From contig CAJWZP010000001.1 in NCBI GenBank assembly GCA_913050325.1, positions 1,611 through 65,610 on the forward strand: DNA of 64,000 nt, read 5' to 3'. The position numbers and the translations under genes were made by a program. The stretch is from an uncultured bacterium (lineage in GTDB: Bacteria; Desulfobacterota_D; UBA1144). How positions within the stretch are numbered: position 1 is the first letter of the stretch; each line of letters starts with the position of its first letter. Below, one piece after another: positions 32,018-41,270 of this stretch. The notes below the pieces were generated by a model. The model was not told where the DNA came from. It did not search any database and worked only from the letters and a program-made list of their open reading frames with translations.

Positions 32018-33016
32018 TTAGTCCCAATCAAGGGAGCCAGCTGTTTGATACTCTGTAACTCTAGTTTCAAAGAAATTCTTTTCTTTTGACAAATCTACTG
32101 ATTGAGACATCCATGGAAAAGGGTTCTCTGTTCCATATAATTTTTCTAAACCAATTCTTTCGAGTCTACGATCAGCAATATATTCAACATACTCAGAGAA
32201 TTGCTGTGGGTTAATACCAAGTAAACCATTCGGACATGCATCAAATGCATATTTTTTTTCTTGATCAACAGCAGTAATTATTAAGTCGGTAATCTTCTTT
32301 TGAAGATCTGGAGTCCAAACTCCATCATTTTCTTCTTTAATTGTATTTATTAAATCACAACCAAAGGCTAGATGAATGCTCTCATCTCTCATAATATATT
32401 CAAATTGCTCACCTATCCCAACCATTTTGTTTTGTCTTTTTAGCGCTAGCATCATGGCAAACCCTGCATAGAAGAAAATACCTTCCATTATTACATAGTA
32501 ACCAACTAAATCATGCAAAAAGACTTCAATGTCTTTTTTTGATTTTATTTCAAAATTTGGATCCATTATAGATTTTGTTAAGCTAACAACATAATCATCT
32601 TTTTCTTTAATTGATGGAATGGTTTCATACATTGAATATATATAATCCGGATCTAGTCCAAGAGTGTCACAACAGTAAATAAAGGTATCAGTATGAACAG
32701 CTTCTTCATAAGCCTGCCTTAGTAGATATTGACGTGATTCTGGATTTGTTACATGTTTATATACAGTTAAAACAATATTGTTTGCAGTTAAAGATTCTGC
32801 TGTTGAAAAAAATCCTAAATTCCAAAGTATCATTCTTCTTTCAGTTTCTGAGATTGCCTTATCAGACTTCCACTGCTCAACATCTTTTTGCATAGAAATC
32901 TCTTCAGGTGTCCAGTTATTAGCAACACCATCCTTATAATGTTGTCTTGCCCACTTATATGACATGGGTAGAATTTTGTTAGGGTCAGTTTTTTTATCTA
33001 ATCCTATAATTGACAT
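32018..33016 (-). CDS. nrdB: Ribonucleotide reductase beta subunit, class Ic (R2c) signature
   Basis: NWTPEE, FFSTAESL, EEAVHTDTF, EGIFFY, RDESIH, KEKNFFETRVTEYQ...W. The ATG at 33016 has an AGGA Shine-Dalgarno. Confidence 0.95.
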   Translation of the reverse strand: MSIIGLDKKTDPNKILPMSYKWARQHYKDGVANNWTPEEISMQKDVEQWKSDKAISETERRMILWNLGFFSTAESLTANNIVLTVYKHVTNPESRQYLLRQAYEEAVHTDTFIYCCDTLGLDPDYIYSMYETIPSIKEKDDYVVSLTKSIMDPNFEIKSKKDIEVFLHDLVGYYVIMEGIFFYAGFAMMLALKRQNKMVGIGEQFEYIMRDESIHLAFGCDLINTIKEENDGVWTPDLQKKITDLIITAVDQEKKYAFDACPNGLLGINPQQFSEYVEYIADRRLERIGLEKLYGTENPFPWMSQSVDLSKEKNFFETRVTEYQTAGSLDWD

Positions 33017-33036
33017 AATATAATCCTTCCTTTTTT

Positions 33037-35850
33037 TTATTGACAAGCTTCACAATCGGGGTCCATAATACTGCAAGCACTACCAACTTCACTTGCAGGC
33101 TTATTTTCATTACTTACTACTTCTTCTGTTTCTGCTTGTCTTTCCTCCTCAATTTTTTGATACTCCCTTTTTTGAGTGTAACCAAATTTATTGGCATCTA
33201 AAGTAGATTTCTCAATCTGACTTGCAGCCAATGTTCTAAGATAGTAAGTTGTTTTTAATCCCAGCTTCCATGCAGCTGTATAGATTTCACTTAATTTTTT
33301 CCCAGACACGCCTTGCATAAACACATTGTGTGACTGGCTTTGATCGATCCATTTTCCTCTTACAGATGTGTGTTTTAACAATGTTAATGGATCTATAGCA
33401 AATGCCTCTTTATATTTTAATTTTAAATTATCTGGAATTTCTTCAATGTGATCAAGGTTACCATCATAATACTTAATTTTATCCAACATATCTTTAGACC
33501 ACAGGCCTAATGATTTTAAATCATTAACTAGATAATTATTTACAACTGTAAATTCTCCACTCATGTTTGATTTAACATATATATTTTTATATATAGGCTC
33601 AATACATGGATAACATCCTGCTATATTTGAAATGGTTGCAGTTGGTGCAACGGCCATAGTATTTGAGTTTCTCAAACCATGATCTTTGACTCTACTTTTT
33701 AGTTCCTCCCAATCTAAAGATGTAATTTTATTGACATCTATATTCTGACCTCTTTCTTCTTCGAGTAACGTTAATGTATCCAAAGGAAATATTCCTCTCT
33801 CCCATTTTGAGCCTTTAAACGATTCATATGAGCCTCTTTCTTTAGCTAATTCACAGGATGCACTTATTGCACTATATGAAATCTGTTCCATTAAGTTGTC
33901 AGAAAAATTTAGCGCTTTTGGTGATTCAAAAGGTAAATCTAATTTAAAAAGTGCATCTTGAAGACCCATAATCCCAAGTCCAATAGGCCTATGTTTCATA
34001 TTAGAATTTTTAGCTTCTTCAGTAGGATAAAAATTTAAATCTACAACATTATCCAGCATTCTCATGGCTGTTGATATTGTCTTTTCTAATAACTTCCTAT
34101 CTAATTTTCCTTCATTTGTAACATGTTTTGATAAATTTATAGACCCAAGATTACAAACAGCTGTTTCCTCTGAAGATGTATTTAAAGTAATTTCAGTACA
34201 TAAATTTGAACTATGAACTACACCTACATGGTCTTGAGGAGACCTTAAATTACAAGGATCTTTAAATGTAATCCAGGGATGTCCTGTCTCAAACAACCTT
34301 GTTAACATTTTTTTCCATAATTCTTTTGCGGGTATTTGTTTGAATTTTTTAATCTCTCCAGTTTTAGTCATTTTTTCATATTCTTGATAAGCTAATTCAA
34401 ATTTTTTACCAAATATGTCATGGAGATCTGGTACCTCTTCAGGTGAGAAAAGGGTCCATAAATCGTCAGACTCGACACGTTTCATGAATAAATCAGGAAT
34501 CCAATTTGAGGTATTCATGTCGTGTGTTCTTCTTCTGTCATCGCCTGTATTTCTTCTTAAATCGAGAAAATCCTCTATATCAAGGTGCCAGGTTTCTAGA
34601 TAAGCACATGTAGCTCCTCTTCTCTTACCACTCCTATTAATAGCTACTGTTACATCGTTTGCAATTTTAAGAAATGGAATAACTCCTTGACTCTCAACGT
34701 TTGTACTTTTAATATGTGAACCTGTTCCTCTAATATTAGTCCAATCATTACCAAGTCCACCAGACCACTTAGACAACTGTGCATTATCACCAATACATTT
34801 AAAAATATGAGATAAATCATCTCCAACTGTAGTCAAATAACAAGAACTTAACTGTGGGTGAGGTGTTCCTGAATGAAAAAGTGTTGGGGTTGAAGATACA
34901 AAATGTAGTTTAGATAAAACATTGTAGAATTCTATGGCTCTGGAATCTTTATTTTTTTCATTAAATGAGAGTCCCATTGCAACTCTCATCCAAAATGCTT
35001 GGGGCAATTCGAATCTTTTTTCATCATGTTTTTGAAGATATCTTTCATATAATGTTTGAATCCCTAGGTATTCAAATAGTTCATCTCTTTCTGGATCGAT
35101 TGAATTACTTAATTTGTCCAAATCAAAATCTAATAATTTTTCATCTAGGTATTTATTAGCAACGCCTAATTTAATACCATCTATGAATGTTTTTCTGTAT
35201 TCATCGATAAGATTATTCTCATTTATTGAAATTCCTATAGCTTCTTTATAAAGTCTCTGCATAAAAAATCCGGCAGAAACTTTACTGTAATCTGGATCTC
35301 TTTCAATAAAAGCTGTTGAAGCCAGAAGTAGGGCTTTTTCAATGTCACTTGTGGTTGCACCATCAAATATATTTCTATTTAGTTCTCTTGATATAGAATC
35401 AATTGAAGTAGTATTTGGATATTTTTGACAAATTCTATAAATTGTTTCTCTGACTTTCTGAGGATTAAATAGAACTGTAGTTCCATCTCTTTTAACAATT
35501 TTTAATTTACCAAGTTCTGCTTTTCTGGAAATATTTTCTTTTAATTTCTCTCTTTCACTGGTTCTTTCAGCCCTATAAATAATATATCTTCTTGCTACAG
35601 TGAACATATCGGACTTAATGAGGTTTTTCTCTACAATATCCTGGATATTCTCAACATTTGGATAAAATTCCGTAAATCTGTCATTAATTTCTTTTTGAAT
35701 CGAATCAACTACTAACGACACTGATTTTGGATCAAAATTCTCATCTCCAGCACTAATAGCGGCATTAATAGCATTTTGGATTCTATCTAGGTCAAATTTA
35801 ACTACTTCTCCCGATCTTTTAACAACCATTAGCTCATCAATAAGATTCAT
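33037..35850 (-). CDS. nrdA: Ribonucleotide reductase alpha subunit with two N-terminal ATP cones
   Basis: VVKRSG and IVKRDG cones, QLSSC, SNLCTEI, APTATIS, TYYLR, C-terminal C..C..C. The ATG at 35850 has an AGGAG Shine-Dalgarno. Confidence 0.97.
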   Translation of the reverse strand: MNLIDELMVVKRSGEVVKFDLDRIQNAINAAISAGDENFDPKSVSLVVDSIQKEINDRFTEFYPNVENIQDIVEKNLIKSDMFTVARRYIIYRAERTSEREKLKENISRKAELGKLKIVKRDGTTVLFNPQKVRETIYRICQKYPNTTSIDSISRELNRNIFDGATTSDIEKALLLASTAFIERDPDYSKVSAGFFMQRLYKEAIGISINENNLIDEYRKTFIDGIKLGVANKYLDEKLLDFDLDKLSNSIDPERDELFEYLGIQTLYERYLQKHDEKRFELPQAFWMRVAMGLSFNEKNKDSRAIEFYNVLSKLHFVSSTPTLFHSGTPHPQLSSCYLTTVGDDLSHIFKCIGDNAQLSKWSGGLGNDWTNIRGTGSHIKSTNVESQGVIPFLKIANDVTVAINRSGKRRGATCAYLETWHLDIEDFLDLRRNTGDDRRRTHDMNTSNWIPDLFMKRVESDDLWTLFSPEEVPDLHDIFGKKFELAYQEYEKMTKTGEIKKFKQIPAKELWKKMLTRLFETGHPWITFKDPCNLRSPQDHVGVVHSSNLCTEITLNTSSEETAVCNLGSINLSKHVTNEGKLDRKLLEKTISTAMRMLDNVVDLNFYPTEEAKNSNMKHRPIGLGIMGLQDALFKLDLPFESPKALNFSDNLMEQISYSAISASCELAKERGSYESFKGSKWERGIFPLDTLTLLEEERGQNIDVNKITSLDWEELKSRVKDHGLRNSNTMAVAPTATISNIAGCYPCIEPIYKNIYVKSNMSGEFTVVNNYLVNDLKSLGLWSKDMLDKIKYYDGNLDHIEEIPDNLKLKYKEAFAIDPLTLLKHTSVRGKWIDQSQSHNVFMQGVSGKKLSEIYTAAWKLGLKTTYYLRTLAASQIEKSTLDANKFGYTQKREYQKIEEERQAETEEVVSNENKPASEVGSACSIMDPDCEACQ

Positions 35851-35854
35851 AAAT

Positions 35855-35969
35855 ACTCCTTCTGTAGACTCTTTAGAGGCAAGGAAAAGCTTATTAACGG
35901 GGTGCAAAAAGGGTTTTATAAACTATTTCCTTGCCCCAGGGATAATCACGCTCTCCAAAAATCTAAAGA
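35855..35969 (-). ncRNA. Candidate structured cis-regulatory leader of nrdAB (unassigned)
   Basis: A stem of about 19 bp (35876-35894 with 35918-35937) plus an 8-bp outer stem (35870-35877 with 35962-35969). Two wobble pairs work only on the mRNA strand. Confidence 0.5.
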
Positions 35970-35976
35970 TTAAAAC

Positions 35977-35992
35977 AAACAATATATTGTGA
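35977..35992. promoter_or_regulatory. NrdR box (nrdA-proximal)
   Basis: AAACAATATATTGTGA matches the consensus acaCwAtATaTwGtg. Confidence 0.85.
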
Positions 35993-36002
35993 TTATTATG
36001 TG

Positions 36003-36031
36003 ATTAAACCACTATATATTGTATCAGTCAA
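36003..36031 (-). promoter_or_regulatory. Probable sigma70 promoter of nrdAB
   Basis: Minus strand TTGACT, 17 nt, TTTAAT with an extended -10 TG; the distal NrdR box lies in the spacer. Confidence 0.7.
36009..36024. promoter_or_regulatory. NrdR box (nrdA-distal)
   Basis: CCACTATATATTGTAT matches the consensus and lies 32 bp from the first box, about three helical turns, as is typical. Confidence 0.85.
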
Positions 36032-36073
36032 GAAAAAATATCTTTTTTTTAAAAATAATTTTTAATACTTCAT

Positions 36074-37528
36074 TTATTGCATATTTTCTATTAGTTCTGA
36101 CTCGTTTTTGAGGGCAATCATTAGGTCTTTGAAGATTATTTTGTGTAATGGAAGTATTGAATACCAATACAAATAACCCCAGATACCTTTAGGCTCAAAG
36201 ATTGCAGTCATAACAATATAAGAATTAGAAACGTCTTCAATTGCCTCAAATTTTAACCAAGCTTCGCCAGGTGATTTTAATTTCATTTTTAATAACAATT
36301 TCTTATTTTCCTCAAATTTTTCGATTCTGAAACAATCGAAATCGGATCCAATACGAAGATTATCCCTGTCTGGTTCCTGGATTAAAGGACCGCCAAGTAA
36401 AATATCAATATATTTTCTAATCCTCCATAAAATATCCCATGCCTTCCAGCCGTTCTTCCCGCCTAAAGTTTTAAAAATTGAAAAAATACTTGAACAAGAA
36501 GCTGTTGTTTTTGCAATTCTTATTTCCTCAAAACGTCCACGAAGCTGAGATAATTTATAATTAAATTGAATTTTCTCTTTGTTCCATGATGTTTCAATAA
36601 ATTCTTTTTTTGTTTTATCCAATGCAGATTTAATTGAATCATAGTAATTTAAGGTTTTAATTTCAGGGTAAAAGTCATTAGCTTTAGTAACATCGCCTTT
36701 TATATTATTTATAACACTTGACACAATAGGAGACGCCAAAGAATTTGTTATTGGAGTCACTAAACTTATCCACCATGCCGCTATGCTAGGAGCTAAAACA
36801 GGTATTGGAAAAATTTTTCTTTTTAATCCTCTGTATCTACAATATTCAAGCATTAAATCTTTAAAAGTCATTGGATCTGTTCCAATATCTAAGGTTTCAC
36901 AGGGTTTTTTATCTAATGATAAAACCAAATATTTTAAAACATCTCTAACGCTTATTGGTCTAACAGTGTTATTTATCCATTTTGGAGCAACCATTATTGG
37001 TAATTTTTCACTAAGGTGTCTTAACATTTCAAACGAGGCAGACCCTGAACCAATAATTGGGCCTGCCCTCAATTCAGTTGTTGGTAAAGAACCTCTGAGA
37101 ATTTTACCTACCTCGATTCTACTAGATAAATGTTCGGATATGCTCGACTCATTTGGTGATATTCCTCCTAGATAAATTACGTGAGATAAATCGCCCGAGG
37201 ATTTTACAAAATTTCTAGCAGCTAGCCTATCAAGCTCAATGTATTCCTGAGAAGTTCCCATCGAATGGACTAAATAATAAGCTTGATCAACTTTATGACA
37301 AAGACCATTAAGAGTTTCAATTTTTGTCAAATCTCCTTCAAATATTTCAACTTTATTAAACCAAGACTTATTTTTAATTTTATTAACATCTCTAACTAAA
37401 ACTCTTATCTTAATATTATTAGATAATAATCTGGAGATTAGTCGACCACCTATATAGCCAGTCGCACCAGTAATCAATACAGTTATATTTTGAGTTTTGA
37501 GAGTTATTGGGTTATAAAATTCATTCAT
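36074..37528 (-). CDS. NAD(P)-binding SDR-like protein with C-terminal DUF2867 (YbjT-like)
   Basis: TGATGYIG, YYLVHSM, S.HL.SR, IIGSGSASFE, M..PGEAWL.F, F.P.G..G.LYWY...P.H..IF. Confidence 0.88.
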   Translation of the reverse strand: MNEFYNPITLKTQNITVLITGATGYIGGRLISRLLSNNIKIRVLVRDVNKIKNKSWFNKVEIFEGDLTKIETLNGLCHKVDQAYYLVHSMGTSQEYIELDRLAARNFVKSSGDLSHVIYLGGISPNESSISEHLSSRIEVGKILRGSLPTTELRAGPIIGSGSASFEMLRHLSEKLPIMVAPKWINNTVRPISVRDVLKYLVLSLDKKPCETLDIGTDPMTFKDLMLEYCRYRGLKRKIFPIPVLAPSIAAWWISLVTPITNSLASPIVSSVINNIKGDVTKANDFYPEIKTLNYYDSIKSALDKTKKEFIETSWNKEKIQFNYKLSQLRGRFEEIRIAKTTASCSSIFSIFKTLGGKNGWKAWDILWRIRKYIDILLGGPLIQEPDRDNLRIGSDFDCFRIEKFEENKKLLLKMKLKSPGEAWLKFEAIEDVSNSYIVMTAIFEPKGIWGYLYWYSILPLHKIIFKDLMIALKNESELIENMQ

Positions 37529-37579
37529 ATCTTAAACTATCAGTATAAAAAACTAATATTTTCTCTTATAATATTTTTA

Positions 37580-38659
37580 ATGTTCAACTGGTTCACAAAC
37601 TTAATTAAAACTGATTTTTTCAATAATGTATTAATTGATTGGGGATTGCTACTGCTTTTAACTATCATATTGTTTTTATTTCTCAAATTATTTAAAAATA
37701 TTATCTCAAATAAAATTATAGATTTTACAGAAAAAACATCAAACAAGATTGATGACTATATCGGTTCTGTAATTAAATCTCTATCAAATGTTTTTGTATT
37801 ATTTTTTGCACTTTTTATATCTTCAAAATTTATTTTTATTGATCAACAAATAACTGATAGAATAGAACAATTATTTGTAATAGTTTTTTTATGGCAATTA
37901 ACTAAATGGGCTATTAATATTTCAAGCCTGATTTTTGATAAATATAAAAGTGCAAGAGAAAAAGAAAAAGATATGCATAGCGTTACTGCAATATCAGGTT
38001 TCAACAAATTAGTTAGGTTTTTAATCTGGACGATTTTCCTTTTATTAGCACTTGATAATTTAGGTGTTAACATAACCGCTTTAGTTGCTGGCCTTGGTAT
38101 AGGCGGACTTGCAATTGCTTTAGCAGCTCAAAGTATATTGGGAGATTTATTCGCGTCATTAACTATTATGATCGATAAGCCAATAGCAATTGGAGATTAC
38201 ATTGTTTTAGATAATTATATGGGAACAGTAAAAAATATAGGAATAAAAAGCACAAAAATTGAGAGTATATCAGGAGAGGAAATAATTATATCAAATTCTG
38301 ATTTGTTAAATAGTCGCTTAAGAAATTATCATCAATCTAGAATGCAGAAAAGAAGAACAACTATAATGATTGGAGTAGTCTACAGTACCCCTTATGAAAA
38401 ATTAAAAGATATTCAGAAAATCCTTACAGAAATTGTAAACAGTATAAATTCGACCGATTTTGTAAGAGCTAGCATGGTAGAGTTTGCTGATTTTTCTCTG
38501 AACTTTGAACTTGTATATAATGTAAAAAGTGCCGATCATACTGAATACATAGAAATAAATCACAAATTAAGACTTAAAATATTTGAAAGATTTGCAATCG
38601 AAAAAATTGAGTTTGCTTTTCCAACAAGAACTATTCATATTGAAAATCCCACTAAATAA
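37580..38659 (+). CDS. mscS: MscS family mechanosensitive channel
   Basis: LVAGLGIGGLAIALAAQ, DKP...GD, G.V..IG, I.FAFP. Start moved to the ATG at 37580 to avoid overlapping the divergent gene. Confidence 0.9.
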   Translation: MFNWFTNLIKTDFFNNVLIDWGLLLLLTIILFLFLKLFKNIISNKIIDFTEKTSNKIDDYIGSVIKSLSNVFVLFFALFISSKFIFIDQQITDRIEQLFVIVFLWQLTKWAINISSLIFDKYKSAREKEKDMHSVTAISGFNKLVRFLIWTIFLLLALDNLGVNITALVAGLGIGGLAIALAAQSILGDLFASLTIMIDKPIAIGDYIVLDNYMGTVKNIGIKSTKIESISGEEIIISNSDLLNSRLRNYHQSRMQKRRTTIMIGVVYSTPYEKLKDIQKILTEIVNSINSTDFVRASMVEFADFSLNFELVYNVKSADHTEYIEINHKLRLKIFERFAIEKIEFAFPTRTIHIENPTK

Positions 38660-38680
38660 TAATTTATTTGTAATAATTAT

Positions 38681-38709
38681 TTGTTTTAAAAGTTTATATA
38701 TTTTATATT
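38681..38709 (+). promoter_or_regulatory. Probable sigma70 promoter giving a leaderless argH transcript
   Basis: TTGTTT, 17 nt, TATATT, then 7 nt to the ATG; no Shine-Dalgarno. Confidence 0.5.
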
Positions 38710-38716
38710 CCTTAGT

Positions 38717-40105
38717 ATGAGTAAAAAATTATGGGGCGGAAGGTTTAAATATTCTACAGATAAAGAAGTTGAGTTATTCACATCATCAATTGAAATTGAC
38801 AAAGAACTCTATAAATATGATATAAAAGGCTCTATAGCTCATGTAAAAATGCTTAAAAAACAAAAAATTATTTCGCCATCAGATGAATCAAAAATATTAA
38901 AAGGTTTAAAAAAAATAGAAAAAGAAATTGATGATGGAAAATTCATTTTTGATTCGTCATTGGAAGATATTCATATGAATATTGAACATGCATTAACAAA
39001 AAAAATAGGAAATGTAGGGAAAAAAGTTCATACTGCCAGAAGTAGAAATGATCAAGTTGTGACTGACATGAGATTGTATACTAAAGATTCTTTAAAGAAT
39101 TTACATTATCATGTTAAAAAATTAATAGAAGCATTAATTAAAAAATCAGAAAAAAGTATAAAAATTATAATTCCCTTCTATACACATCTTCAAAAAGCGC
39201 AACCAATATTAGCTTCCCATTATTTAAATTCTTTTATAGAGATGTTTCTAAGAGATTTATCAAAAATTGAGAAAGCATATGAAGTAGCTGATAGCAATCC
39301 GCTTGGTTCATGTGCGGGCTCTGGAACGTCTTTTAATATTGATAGAGAATATACATCGAAATTATTAGGATTTAAAAGAACCTCTAGAAACAGCCTAGAC
39401 TCAGTCAGTGATAGAGATTTTATAACCGATTCAATATTTACATGTTCGCAAATAATGATGCATTTATCGAGATTTTCTGAGGATTTAATTTTATGGAACA
39501 GTTATGAATTTAATTACATTAAAATTAATGATAAATTTACGACTGGTTCGAGCATAATGCCACAGAAGAAAAATCCAGATGTTTTAGAATTAATAAGAGG
39601 CAAGTGTAGCCAAATCTATGGAAATCTTATAAATATCATGGTTAATTTAAAAGGGCTACCATCAACATACAATAGAGATTTACAAGAAGATAAAATCCCT
39701 CTTTTTTCATCTATTAAAACTTGTACAGAATGTATTTCAATTTTCAGTAATTTAATTAATTCAATTACTTTTAATGAAAATGTTATAAAAAATTCAATAG
39801 AAAATGGTTTCATGACCGCAACAGATTTAGCAGATTATCTTGTAAAAAAAGGGTTAACATTCAGAGATGCTCATTCTATAACAGGTAAATTAGTGCTATA
39901 TTGTGAGGATAAGAATGTAAAACTTTCAGATTTAAAAATTAAAGAATATAAAAAATTTTCCAATAAGATTGATATTGATATTTATGACTATATAAAATTA
40001 GATAATTCCGTAAATTCCAAAAAATCACTTGGTGGAACATCTTTAACAATGGTTAAGAAAGAAATTAAAAATTATAAAAATATAATTAATAAAAAATATT
40101 TATAA
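38717..40105 (+). CDS. argH: Argininosuccinate lyase
   Basis: LWGGRF, EDIH..IE, RSRNDQ, GSSIMPQKKNPD, YNRDLQEDK. Confidence 0.97.
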   Translation: MSKKLWGGRFKYSTDKEVELFTSSIEIDKELYKYDIKGSIAHVKMLKKQKIISPSDESKILKGLKKIEKEIDDGKFIFDSSLEDIHMNIEHALTKKIGNVGKKVHTARSRNDQVVTDMRLYTKDSLKNLHYHVKKLIEALIKKSEKSIKIIIPFYTHLQKAQPILASHYLNSFIEMFLRDLSKIEKAYEVADSNPLGSCAGSGTSFNIDREYTSKLLGFKRTSRNSLDSVSDRDFITDSIFTCSQIMMHLSRFSEDLILWNSYEFNYIKINDKFTTGSSIMPQKKNPDVLELIRGKCSQIYGNLINIMVNLKGLPSTYNRDLQEDKIPLFSSIKTCTECISIFSNLINSITFNENVIKNSIENGFMTATDLADYLVKKGLTFRDAHSITGKLVLYCEDKNVKLSDLKIKEYKKFSNKIDIDIYDYIKLDNSVNSKKSLGGTSLTMVKKEIKNYKNIINKKYL

Positions 40106-40131
40106 TTAAATTTAATGCTAGACTTATAGAT

Positions 40132-40485
40132 ATGAATAAAATCGAAACATTTCCAAACCCAAATAAAAAAAGAAATTACAAAATTGAAATTTCATGTCCA
40201 GAATTTACATCACTTTGTCCAAAAACAGGTCAACCTGATTTTGGTACTATTAATATTTCATATATTCCTGATAAAAAATGTATAGAACTGAAATCTTTAA
40301 AACTTTACATATATTCATATAGAGATAAGGGATCATTTCATGAAGCTGTAACTAACAAAATTTTAGAAGATTTTGTTAAATCATGTGACCCACAATATGT
40401 ATCCATTACTGGTGATTATAATGTTAGAGGTGGTATTAAAACTATTGTCACAGTTGAACATAAAAAAACAAAAAGAAAAAAGTAA
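40132..40485 (+). CDS. queF: NADPH-dependent preQ0 reductase (short, type I)
   Basis: PEFTSLCPKTGQPDF, ELKSLKLY, FHE, RGGI. Confidence 0.95.
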   Translation: MNKIETFPNPNKKRNYKIEISCPEFTSLCPKTGQPDFGTINISYIPDKKCIELKSLKLYIYSYRDKGSFHEAVTNKILEDFVKSCDPQYVSITGDYNVRGGIKTIVTVEHKKTKRKK

Positions 40486-41269
40486 AATAAAGCTATACCT
40501 CTCTGTTTTTTTTATCCTTTTTTTATTAATATCAATATTTTTTCCTTATCTTTTAACTTCGATGTCTCCATTGAAATCTAATTATGAAAAAATTTTATTA
40601 TCTCCAAATATTGAAAATTTGTTCGGAACTGATCAGCTAGGTAGAGATTTATTCTCAAGAGTAATTTATGGTTCTAAAATATCTTTACAGGTTGCGTTAT
40701 TCACATCATTGATATCATTAATATTTGGAACTATTTATGGTTTGATTGCTGGCTTTAGTAATAGAATTATAGATGAAATAATGATGAAAATCGTAGATAT
40801 TTTTTATTCAATTCCTGATTTACTTTTAATATCAATTTTTATTTTATTTCTTGGAAAAGGCATACTGGGTATTACAATAGCTCTTTCCTTATTAAGCTGG
40901 ATGAGAATTGCAAGAATATCAAGGGCGAGTACTTTAGAAATCAAAAACTTACCATTTATTTTAAACGCAAAAATTTATGGTTTTAGTAAGTTTCATATCA
41001 TGGCTAAAGAACTGTTACCAAATATTCTGGGTCCTCTGGTTGTCACTTTTACATTTACTATTCCAAGCTCTATTCTTGCAGAATCAACTCTAAGCTTTTT
41101 AGGAATTGGAATTTCGCCACCAAATATAAGTTGGGGATTAATGGCAAGTACTGGCTGGGAAGGATTAAGAAGTTTTCCGCATTTAATAATCTTTCCTTCA
41201 CTAGCAATTTTCTTATCAACATTAACGTTTTATAATATTGGTAACTATTTAAAGAGCAAGGTTTCATGA
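40454..41269 (+). CDS. oppC: Peptide ABC transporter permease OppC/DppC
   Basis: FGTD.LGRD...R...G...SL, ILAES.LSFLGIG..PP..SWG. Start is uncertain; the in-frame TTG at 40454 was chosen. Confidence 0.88.
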   Translation: MNIKKQKEKSKIKLYLSVFFILFLLISIFFPYLLTSMSPLKSNYEKILLSPNIENLFGTDQLGRDLFSRVIYGSKISLQVALFTSLISLIFGTIYGLIAGFSNRIIDEIMMKIVDIFYSIPDLLLISIFILFLGKGILGITIALSLLSWMRIARISRASTLEIKNLPFILNAKIYGFSKFHIMAKELLPNILGPLVVTFTFTIPSSILAESTLSFLGIGISPPNISWGLMASTGWEGLRSFPHLIIFPSLAIFLSTLTFYNIGNYLKSKVS

Positions 41270-41270
41270 T

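Noticed and set aside
33037..35850. Intein or group I intron in nrdA (also checked sufB)
   Set aside because: Both frames are continuous and of normal length, with no splice-junction or homing-endonuclease motifs. The extra NrdA length is explained by the second ATP cone.
35851..35907. N-terminal extension of NrdA from the TTG at 35907
   Set aside because: The ATG at 35850 has an AGGAG Shine-Dalgarno and starts just before the first ATP cone; the extension lies inside the leader stem-loop.
35855..35996. Cobalamin, glycine, purine/2'-dG or yybP-ykoY riboswitch in the nrdA leader
   Set aside because: I could not find the B12 box, the glycine GAAG/CUCAGG core, the purine three-way junction or the yybP GGGGAGUA...GAGACC elements. 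A partial GGAGAG match is not enough. An Rfam scan is still needed.
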